64,000 nucleotides of DNA from the NCBI GenBank assembly GCA_040954595.2, contig CM082580.2:9712390-9776389 (forward strand). The letters are read 5' to 3'. Positions 1 through 16,092 of this stretch are shown piece by piece. The notes under the pieces were generated by a model. The model was not told the DNA's origin and did not search any database. It saw only the letters and a list, made by a program, of their open reading frames with translations. The stretch is from Balanoglossus misakiensis (taxonomy: Eukaryota > Animalia > Hemichordata). The translations under genes were made by a program, and so were the position numbers. How positions within the stretch are numbered: the first letter of the stretch is position 1; each line of letters starts with the position of its first letter.

Positions 1-7
1 ATCAGCT

Positions 8-39
8 GTTTGTTTGTTTGTTTGTTTGTTTGTTTGTTT
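8..39. repeat. (GTTT)n tetranucleotide microsatellite in an ABCG intron
   Basis: Direct run of gttt units at the window start. Confidence 0.9.
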
Positions 40-88
40 TGGGAAATATAACATTATTATACTGTCTGTTACCACTATTACGCTTCAG

Positions 89-3000
89 AATATACTTGCT
101 AAGTGATGGCAAATGTGTCTACAGTGGCACAGTTCAGGCGGCTCTGCAGTTCTTCAAGGCCGAGGGTTATACCTGTCCAGACCTTTACTGTCCGAGCGAT
201 TTCTTTCTCAACCTCTTGGCGATCAAACCTGGGATGGAAGAAAAATGCTTCCATCGAACGCATGTGAGTGGATGTGTCCTTGTCTATAATACTGATGAAT
301 CAATCAGATGTCTCGATTCAATCGATGGGCGTTTCAGCTGCACGAATCTGCCTCGAGTTATACATGTATAACTTCGAGTTATATAAGAGACTTTTAATAT
401 TATTGTGTTGTGTTTTATAATTAAATATACTCTACTTTGCAACTTTGCATTAACTGATAGGAACTCCGAAAAGCATATATGATGTCCGATCAGTACCACA
501 CATTATCTGAGACAATTTGCAACTATGCCAATGACGAGACTGATATTGAGGTACGTCGATATGTCTAATACGGTTCCGACGTAGAGGGGTATGTCGATGC
601 CAGGTAAAATAGGTACACAAAACAATGACGATCCTGAAATATTCAATGCATGAATAATTATCTGGCTTTCTTATGACCTCAATCCGGAGTCAACTTTTAA
701 GTATAAATTACAGTAAGATTGCAAAATAGAGTTATAATCTTAGAAGAGACTGATCGCATACCATTGAAATCATATGACGTCTTTCACTGTTGTTTATGCA
801 CTTCCAGAAAAACGGAGACGAGGACAGTGAGTAAGTATAGTATTTACACAATTAAGGTGAACCCTCTATACAGGCATGTCCCATTCTCAAGAAGCTGCAC
901 TCAGAGATTTATGCAAACTAGTTTACCGGTAGCATTGGGTGACGTACATGGGAATTGCTCATAACTACCAAGTCTAAATTGATTTAACTTATTGAGTACG
1001 TAATAAAAAATATTTCCAATGGGTAGGCCCTACTCAGCCATTTTGTTTCCAGTTTACTATTTCATTTTCCTTCCAAAGTTACCATGCTACGTGGATTAAA
1101 GAAATAACAGAGCTGTCTAAGAGAACTTTCATTCACATTCGTCGTCTTCCTCGGGCATTTCAATCCAAAATCATCACTGATGTTGTAAGTACAATTATTT
1201 TAAGCGGTTTCACCAGAGAATATTTCAATAACGCGAACGTACTATCATCGTCGTAATACGGCGACAGTTTCTGTCGTTGTCAGAAGTATCATGGGATGCC
1301 CAGGACAGTCTTTGTCATAATTTTGAAAGTCGTTTGCATGCAAATGAGATAGCGAACGTTGGATAAGTAGTTATACCACTTGACTCAATATTAAACACGT
1401 GCATTTTCTTCATCCACCTCTGAAGGTAATTGCCATCATGATGGGCAGTCTGTTCTTTCAGACTGAAATCACAGCCAGAAATATGCAGAATGTGCAGGGA
1501 TGTTTATTCTTGATTGTCATGTTCAATGGATCAAGAGCGTTTATGGGCGCGTGTAGGGTACGTGTATGTCTTATCTATCCATCCATCATGCATCAATCCA
1601 TCCATCCATCTATCAAGCATATATTACCAATAAATTATAATCGTCACATTTTCTTTTAAGACATTCCCGGAAGATGCCGTTCTGTTCCACAAGGAGTACA
1701 ATGATAGCACATATAGAGCAAGCGCTTTCTTTGTGAACAAAGCTGTTACCGAGGTATGGTGCTGTCCTTTGATTTAGATTTGCGTTTTGTATTAAGACAC
1801 ATTTTATATTAAAGGCTCATTTTATATCAGCTTTATCTGATAAAGTTTTTACACAAGAGGGAATTGACATATCTCTCTCTCTATTATTTATTGTACAATG
1901 CAGCTTCTGATAACACTGACGTCGTGTTGCTTGATGTTTACCGTGGTCTTTGTGTTAGTTGGTAAGTTATGATCCATGAATGGTTAATTGTCTGGCCACA
2001 ATTTAATTAATATGGTGAACGCTTTTGGGTATGCATTCATGCCAGTGGATTAACTGTTACATTTATTATTTTCAGGGTTTGGCTCTGCCTCGGTATATTT
2101 TTCTTTACTCGGTATCGAAATATTGTCGGTGACGGCTATGCATTGTATGGGTAAGTGAAAATTTCATTAAGGCCGTGCATACGTGTGTGCTTACGTACGT
2201 ACGTATGTATGTATGTAAGCGGGTTTTTAAAACATTTTAACAACACGGTTTATGTTTTCAACATTTCAGGTTTATGTTTTGGTTCACCAATTTCAAATAT
2301 ACAGTATGGTGTACTATATTTCAACACATGGTCGGTACTAACCACCCTGATGGGAGGATTCTTCCTGAACATCGAGTATGGTTTCAAGTTGTTTCGAGAT
2401 GGGCAGTAGTCTGTCGTCATTTCATTGGCTGCTATATTATACAGCGATAATCCCATTCTATTTTCTGTTTTAATAATTGAAGCCTTCAACAGCAAGTTCA
2501 TTTCAATATAAATAACTTGATCGATTGATGGGCGTTCATATTGGGATTTGTCTGTTTTCAAATTAATCAACAAATCGACAAAAAGTACAGAATGTGTCAC
2601 CATCTTCTGAGTAATCCTTTTGATAATACATTAGTTCCAATCAGCTCTTGTTATAAAGTGCGTATGTTACTCTTCAGGACTATACCAGTCTATCTAAAGT
2701 GGATATATTACTTGTCCATATATCCATTTGCGTACGAGTTACTCAGTATCGTTCTTTGGAGGGATATACCTTATACAGGTTAGTATGCATTTCAGTTTTA
2801 GTGCGAATGATGGTGGTGGTGACGGTGGTCATGGTGATGGTGGAGGTGACGACGACGACGATCTAATATAGCTACGCACACAATAGTTTCGGATTACTGA
2901 ATCGAGATTTTAGTTCTACGATTTTAAAATTATGCAATTGTTTTTGTTAAAGAATGTTATGAAGAAGACATGGAAGATTGTATTTCAAGTGGACATCAGG

Positions 3001-3369
3001 TTTTATTGGCTTCGGGATTTGATGAGGTAGGTGTCCGGGTTTTTCGACTGTAATATTTTCCCGTTAACTGTAACTGTAGGGACAACTCTTTTTGCAGTGA
3101 TTCGTTCAACTGTAGTACGTACATTGATTGAAAATTGCCGTTTTCCTCTCACAAGATATTTTGTCAAAAACGCATATAGGGTATTGCATTTTCACAGTCG
3201 AATTCGCCACCCAGCCGAACTATTGATGATGTCATTTTTTTTTACCTTTTCACAACAGGATAATTTCGACACGGATGTAGCATTATTGCTGGGCATCATT
3301 CTCGGCGGGACTGTCTTGTCTTTTCTTATTTTCTACGCCAAGGCGAGGTTTATTAAGCGCCGTCCTTAA
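89..3369 (+). CDS. ABCG half-transporter, white/scarlet-like (3' part; 5' exons with the Walker motifs lie upstream of the window)
   Basis: Approximate GT-AG exons: 89-263, 512-550, 808-830, 1079-1184, 1426-1557, 1661-1753, 1904-1961, 2076-2150, 2270-2375, 2678-2778, 2952-3025, 3259-3369(TAA). Peptides IYLLSDGKCVYSG..FFKAEGYTCPDLYCPSDFFL, NVQGCLF, FPEDAVLFHKEYNDSTY, LMGGFFLNIETIPVYLKWIYYLS match the post-NBD region and ABC2 membrane domain of white-family transporters. Confidence 0.88.
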
Positions 3370-4370
3370 GGCAGAATGCGCCCCAGAACAGATTTTAAGA
3401 TAAATGACATTCCCCTAAGTGGGGTCTTTTTGAAAACAATTTTCACCGTCACGCGTCTTGTTTTCATGAAAGTCGCTACTTTAAATTGTCTCCATCGATA
3501 TGCGGCCATTTTTGCACAAAATTGGCACAATTTTGTTCTGCCATTCATCACATCACGACGACAGTTTGATTTTGATCAATGAGTTTCTACTTTTATGAAA
3601 TAATGCGTCCTCACACATATACTACATGTAGTAGTATAACCTATCTAATTTCGACATGTTCTGATGAATCAGTCCACCATGATGACATGTTATTGTGATG
3701 TTGTGTCACGTTCCAAAACAAGTAGTTCTGTCCACACTGGAAAAATCTATTTCTGCATATTTACTAGAGAAAATACGGGCTCGTATCTTCACTTTTAGAA
3801 CACCAGCAAAGTGGTAATACAGACGTTGCATGTATGATAAATGTAGGCTATATCCAACAATGGCCATCCTTCAAAACTGCATGGAACTCTGATGCACATC
3901 TCTGTGCTCTCTAATATTGGTGGCGAGAGCATTTAAATCTTCTCTGGTCCCATCATCTTTGTTGTCTGGCCGTGTGCATAAAACCACCTTCTCTTTTGCA
4001 AAAACTTACACGCGGCAAAAATCTTCTGACTCATCTCTGATTCAATCCAGTGACGGGTTCAGTACGAACTCTTGGTTATGAAAATTGGATAAACTGTTAT
4101 GCAAAACTCACTGAATTAGTATATTGTGTGTAGCCGTCTTCAGCATAAAATTTCTTTGGGACTCAAAAGCTACCCACATTTGGGTACAAATGTTTCAAGA
4201 CCAAAATTGATTACCGCTTGACCCTCTGGAAACTGCAGAACATGTAAATCATGACCACCTCACTCAATCAAATCAGACTTTTTTCTTTCTGGAAGATTAA
4301 AATTTCAAACTGCAGCTGACTAGCTCTCAGATCCCGCCGCAGTCATTTTTTTCAGATACAATTCTTTCAT

Positions 4371-9842
<5,472 letters not shown>

Positions 9843-10205
9843 TTTAACACATGTGTTTGCGCAAAGCATTATGGGAGAGGTCACATGCGGGTCAACGTTG
9901 AAGAAAGTTGTTCAGCAAAACTTTGAAGTCCTGAACCGAATGCAAAAAAACATGGCAAAACGACTGGAGCATAACGGATTTTAAATTCTTATTTGTGCCG
10001 ACGGCTGTTAACAAGGAGATAAAGAGAAATTAAAATTCTACTCAAAATTGGGGGTTTCGTTGTAGCCAGAATATGTTCTAAATATGGAACGTTCGGCTAT
10101 AACACGAACACTTATATCATTATGCCCTTTGTACTAGTAGTCCATATTTTTTCAGGATCAGCATTTTATCCAGCATTTTTATAACAGCCTTTATGTCCTT
10201 TAAAT

Positions 10206-11126
10206 ATGACTGAATATCCAGGAGAAGGACTTCGTATGTCAAATTATGGTTTAAAGAACCCACCACCTGAAGAAATCCACTCACTTTGGCGACAAATTGT
10301 TGGCGTAAGTATTTTGCTAAGCTACCCTCCAGAATATTAAATATTGAAATAACAACGCCATAGAAAACCGTTGATAAATTTTTGTCCGTTTATCGTCAAA
10401 TATTGCTTCCTGTAGAGAGAGGCTCGCATCCGCCGCAACCATCTTGCCATCAAAGGCGACGGTTCTGAACACTGGCCGGGGATCAAAGACCAGGAGCCGA
10501 CAGAAGAAGAACTTCAGGAGCAGTACACATACTTCAACAACAACAAACCGGTGCGCCTACAATTTTAAAGTACCTTCGATTCACAGAAACAGCAAAGTGT
10601 ATTCGTTTTAAAGCCTCTCAAAGGCATCTTATCGTACGCCGTTCGAGGAATTGTGTCATGATCACTGAGCAGAATTGTCGTTTCTCTCTTCCCATTCCTT
10701 CCGAAACAAGAGCAACCCAGTCTCAACCTACGATCGGTTATTCCACGTGGAACACGGATACCAGAGTAAGCTGCATCGGGATGACAGAGAACACACTATC
10801 GGTTTGAACGTGCATGCCGAGGTACGTACGGGTGAACGTCCCACAAAATCCTGCTCAATATTTTTGCCATGTTTCACACAAAACCGGAGAAGATCGCTTG
10901 GGGGGAAAAGGACAGCCACCCAAATCAAAATAAATTCATCCACTTCTCTGTTTTTACTCTCGGACTCTTCCAGGAACAAAGTAAGGCGGTACCAGTGTTA
11001 TCGTCGTCGTGGTACGGACATCGCGAGGCGCTGGAACCACAGACGAGGAAGCACGTCAGGATCGAACACGTGCTGAAGGGTTTCTACTGCACTCGTGGCA
11101 CAAATCTGCCAGGACCCAACTCCTAA
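10206..11126 (+). CDS. CFAP90: CFAP90/C5orf49 (DUF4541)-like ciliary protein, 165 aa, 4 exons
   Basis: Exons 10206-10304, 10416-10550, 10711-10821, 10974-11126, all phase 0 GT-AG. [49 protein letters not shown]..H....FY resembles human C5orf49 [46 protein letters not shown] at ~11232. Confidence 0.85.
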
Positions 11127-11481
11127 ATGACTTGAACTTGAAGAAAAGAGTCGTACAATACCACATTGAGCCGGCAATAATCACGTTCTCAACGATCCAA
11201 GGTGTTTCGTATTGTGCCGAATGATTAGTGGAATAAATTTGATACCCTACTTTACGAAAATTATATGGCCATGGGCGTTTTACTTCTGTGAGAAGCCTGC
11301 CTGCTATAGGGTAAAATAAACCACTCAGTTATATCAACGATTTAACAACTGCAGGTAGCATGAAGCTGTTGCTGGAACAAAGATGGGCACGAAACATGTT
11401 TGAAATTTTAATTATTATTTTTTATTTTTCAAGATTTTTTTTTGTCTTTATCCGTTTCGGTCTGAGAGTATTTTAGTCTCC

Positions 11482-14400
11482 CTAAGCGTCCTTTTTATCC
11501 TCATCCAGGGCGTTCAAAACTTGTTGTTTGACGTCACTGTTGCCAATGTTACGAAGGAGTCCGGATCGTTTGCGCAGATAACGGAGCAGAAGTCCCAACT
11601 CGTAAGGGTCGTTGATGTCCAGGCTTATCGCCACCTTGCCTTCGGCCACGGTCTGCAGGTTATCAAGTACTGGAAAACAGAAAAGGGATAAAACATACCT
11701 GTAGATTAAGATCTTATGTTTGGTATTCAACGACAGCAGAAATCTGTTGCAAAAGTATCTTCAGTGGAGCTGTCGGTTCGTGAATCGGTTTCAACGTACA
11801 AAAAAGATTGGCTATAAAATACTCACCTTCCATAAGTCCTCTTGTAGCAGTTGCATCAAGAACGGGCACTGGCTTTTGTTCTTCCTTTGCCGCGGCGACG
11901 GTTTCCTTCGTTTCTTCTCGGGCCTCTTCTTCTCTCTCCTCTTCCTCTTCGGCGGGACCTACAACCTCCGCGATCTCCTCTTCCGCGACTATTTCAGCTT
12001 CTTCCTCGGCGGGTTCAAGGGGTTCGCTTTCGACGGGTTTGGGTGGAGCTACCGGGGTCTCTGCAGGTTCTGCGTGGTGGGCAACCTCTTCAACAACCTG
12101 GCTCTCAGGCTCAGACGGGAACGTTTCCTCGACAACCTCTGGTTCTTCCGCTGGAATAATCTCTTCGACAACCGCTGGTACTTCAACAACGGGTTGTTCC
12201 GGCGCTGGAGGTGCCGCCTCTTCGACAAGTGCGGGCTGTTCTGGCGCGAGGGGTGCGGCTTCGACAATCTTGGGTTCTGCAACAACAGAAGGCTGTTGCG
12301 GAGCGACGTGAGGTACAACTTCTTCGGGAATCTGAGGTACTTCGACTACAGGTTGTTGTGGTGCGGGAGGAGCGACTTCGACGACCTTGGGTTCTTCAAC
12401 AACAGGCGCTTGCGGGATGACAGGTACAACCTCTTCGGGAATCTCGGGTACCTCGACAACAGGTTGTTGTGGAGCAGGAGGAGCGACTTCGACGATCCTG
12501 GGTTCCTCAACAACAGGCTGTTGCGGGATGACAGGTGCGGCTTCGGGAATCTGGGGCACTTCGACAACAGGTTGTTGTGGTACAGGAGGGGCGACTTCGA
12601 CAACAGGGTGTTGCGGGACCACGGGCGCTACCTCTTCGAACATCTCCGGTATTTCAACAGCCGGCTGTTGGGGAACTGCAGGCGCGACATTTTCAACGAT
12701 CTTCGGTTCTTCGAAGACGGGCTGCTGCTGCTGCGGCACGGGTGGGGCTAGTTCCTCGACGACCTCGGGTTCTCCAAGGGCAGGCTGCTGCTCTTCCAGA
12801 ATGTGCTGGATGAGCGCCGCAGTATCGGCAGGTACATTCTCGATGACGATTCCGGGTTCTTCTTCCTCCGCGGGTTGCTCGGGTGCGAGTGGAAGTTCCG
12901 GTTCGAAAGGAACGATGTTTTCAGGAACTTCGGGTGCTTGCGGGATGGGTTCAATTGGAGTGCGTTCAGGTTCTTTTTGTTGGAAGAGATCTTGAATCAT
13001 TGCCGGTATAGTCGGAGTAAAGGGTACCTCGATCTTCTTGGGATTCCTTAATTCGGCTGAAAATATTTAAAAAAAATAGAAATAGACTAGGTTACTCTTG
13101 GTCTACTCTCAAAGTTTCAATTTTCATGGCGCACCAGCGTGACAGAGATTCGACCAATAATAGCGCAGATAACGACTGGGTGTGTTGCATAAAAAGACAG
13201 GTGGTCGGGACAAATCGTAACCAATGAGCAAGCCGTACAGGCAATCTTACCGCATATTTCTTTGAACTCTAAGTAAGAGTATTTATCATCGTCAAATCCG
13301 TTGTTTTGGCATCCCTGGACTGGTTGTATGGAGCTACCCATCAACTCGATTCCTCTCTCGGCCATTACGTTCAGCAGATCACAGGAGCACTCCATCCTGG
13401 AGTTCGTAATCCAGCTGCAATGCAAAAGTATATGGGCATTCGTTGAGTGCATCACTCATTGGAAGAATATTTTGAGTGACTCAAAGCTAGGTTAATCACA
13501 TGATGTCTGGAGCACAAGTTCATAGAAGATTTCACTCACATCGATTTCAGGCTAGACGGTGCCTCCCTCACAGCCTCGGCGAAATTAATCGGCAGGACTC
13601 CGGCAGAAAGGTCGTTGATCGTCCTGGAAGAAAAAAATCAAACTTTGCTTTGCATTGCATTGTTTGTAATGGTACTTGACATATCCTGACGCATTTACAC
13701 GTTTTTAATAAAAACATTTCGCAGAGCAAATAAAAGCAACACGAATTCTTTTTCACTTACAGGGTTTTCAGTTTCTTCATGGGTGTAAACAGGTCAGAGG
13801 GAGCTTCGGGAAATTGTTCCGTGCCTTCAGAAATGCTGAAAAAATAAGTAACATACATCACACAAACACGTCAATCCATTAAAAGATAAATTTTAAACAA
13901 TGGGATATATTTAGATTGGCAAGGATTATTTCTTTGCTGTAAATGTGAAATTCTCTTATTATCTATAAAAACAATATAGAGGTGCAACTGTTTCGTCATT
14001 TGAATTCTTTCCTCAGACTGGCCACTTCCCGTAATTCTTCGGCAATCATTAATCATCAACTACACAGCTCAGAGGTGCAATTTGTCCAAAATTAAGACAG
14101 ATAGATATGCCGAAGTCAACGACAATTAATACTCACATTAAATTTTTAACCGAAGGGCTGAACTGGAACAGTTTCTTCATACTCGAGGGTGACAGGTTTT
14201 CGATTTCCCTGAAATAAAATAAAGAAAGAGGTGGTGGTATATCTTTTGGAATCAGGAAAACCGTCCCGTGGGAGAGATTTGTCATTGAAATCGCACCCCG
14301 AAAGCATATAGAGCAACAACTTTGGTGAACACGCACGGTTTTCTATGGTTGACAGCTTTACTCTTCCGGCCACGGCCAGATCAGAGATGACAATTGAACT

Positions 14401-15010
14401 GTTTCTGTCTTTTTCGCTGTTGGTCTGAGTTCAAAGCCCGACTCACGACTTTTACAATCTTTGGACGATGTCTCAACTTGACAAAGTTTAATGACGTTAT
14501 TGAATCTCCTTCCGTGCATTTCGCATCTTTTGTAAAAACATTGACAATAATTAATTTAAAGCAAAAACATGAGAGAAACTTATAGTCTGGACTTTTACAT
14601 TCGGTGATGATACACGAGACACTCGCATGCACTCCGGTGGACTTAAAGCGTTCATCCAAGTTTCTAGTCAGTCACTGTTAACAATCAATAAGCTTATATA
14701 TTTAGTTACTTGTTCGACGATGCGGCAACACTTACAAGGTTTTGAACGAAGACGGGATCTTGGATTCAAGAGTGGCCTGCTGACAGCTGGCCTTGTCGCC
14801 ACCGCAGGCACAGCCAGTAGGGCAGGTCACTTCGGACTTGGCTGCAGGCTTCCGAGCTCGGGACCGAGGCTTCGGCAGCTTTATTTTCGGACGGTCGCGA
14901 CTGCGCTCACGAGCACGACTGCGAGACCGTTTTCCATCAACTTCGCATGAAGCAATAAACAGTACCAACAAAGCTAGCAGGAGCCACGCTTTGAATGAGG
15001 ACCACTTCAT
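11482..15010 (-). CDS. Secreted LRR protein with a long acidic Pro/Glu/Val/Ala/Gln-rich repeat, ~695 aa, uncharacterised
   Basis: Phase-consistent exons 15010-14736, 14208-14137 (72 nt), 13835-13761 (75), 13623-13540 (84), 13414-13251, 13056-11827, 11669-11482. Signal peptide MKWSSFKAWLLLALLVLFIASCEVDG; LRRNT CPTGCACGGDKASC; LRRs (e.g. APSDLFTPMKKLKTL); LRRCT-like NSRMECSCDL..C..C; probable 5'UTR exon donor near 15287. Confidence 0.85.
12150..12760 (-). repeat. Coding tandem repeat (~18-19-aa subunits, ~37-aa higher-order unit)
   Basis: Recurrent VAPPAPQQPVVEVP(E/Q)IPEEVVPVIPQ(Q/A)PVVEEP(K/R)IVE in the 11714-13000 ORF. Confidence 0.85.
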
Positions 15011-16092
15011 CTGGGGAAAAAAAACACAAAGAACAGAAACTGAGAAAAAAATCCGCAAAGAACAGAAAAGTAAAGCGAAGTCTTTCAAGTTGATTATGGA
15101 TGACAATTATTTGTACAATATATTTGCCAAGTTATGCGCATTCTTGTATCAAATTTGTAGAATGTACTAGTATCTTATTCTGCCTCGACTTTGCTTTCGT
15201 CTTGCCAATGCGCGATACAGGTTACACTTGGAGTTGTGTCATCTTCACCGTGCGCACATTATCTGTCGCGCACCAGTTATCCTCTTACCTTGATTTCGAC
15301 TTCCTAGTGAGAAATTTTCCCACTTTTAATCAGAGCGAAAGTATCCAGGATCTGACTATTTCGAAGAAGAACAGATGAATGACGGTTTGTTGCTTTGTTC
15401 TATCGCGCGAAACGATAGCAGAACACAGAATTCGAACATTCGAAGACCGCGCGGCATCGGCGATCCGCGCAGCGCCGCGTCTTCGGGCTACGTACGCGCC
15501 AAGCATGCTTAGCGCGTGTGCGCATTCTCTTTCTTCGATTTGACAGCCGATACAGTTGTCCGAATAAGATTTGATGTCAGATTGATAAATATTTCAATAA
15601 AATATTCACTTCGATAATGACTTTAATTTATTAAGTCAGTCCGTAACTATCCTAAAAATAGCGCCACTATATGTTCTTTACAACACATGATATGGGCCTA
15701 TGGGCCTATTAGGAACCAATACAGACACATGCAATTAAACATGTCGTTACATTTCAAGCAAATCTTATTTTCAATCTAAAATGACAATGCACCTGCCGAT
15801 GTGCTTTTTTTTTAAATTCCCGAACATTTCATGTATTTGCCAGAAGCCATTCTCGAGAGCTGTGGCAGTTGCCGTCGTGATGATGCCAAGAGCAGTTTCT
15901 GAGTGCGTGTGCAACTGTTTCATTATAGAAGCCTGAGTTCGACAAATTTGAACACACACACACACAACAACAAAACAGGAAGCTACTGAAGAAAAATCCC
16001 ATCATCTTTTGTACATGTATGTATTTTTCACATCCACACAAGAAACATCTCCAAGCTTTGTTTAAATACGTGTAGCTGCTTCTTCATTTCGG

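Noticed and set aside
10058-10106. Imperfect inverted repeat upstream of CFAP90, considered as an RFX X-box or ncRNA
   Set aside because: Does not fit X-box spacing; too short and imperfect to call
12150-12760. Regularly spaced repeats considered as a CRISPR-like array
   Set aside because: In-frame protein-coding tandem repeat without unique spacers; eukaryotic context and no cas genes
11720-12995. Long + strand ORFs (343, 202 and 167 aa)
   Set aside because: Antisense shadows of the repetitive P/E/V exon; no splice context or recognisable domain
14381-14680. Possible extra LRR exons between 14736 and 14208
   Set aside because: Direct 14736-14208 splicing already gives a phase-correct LRR register; the candidate peptides are not LRR-like
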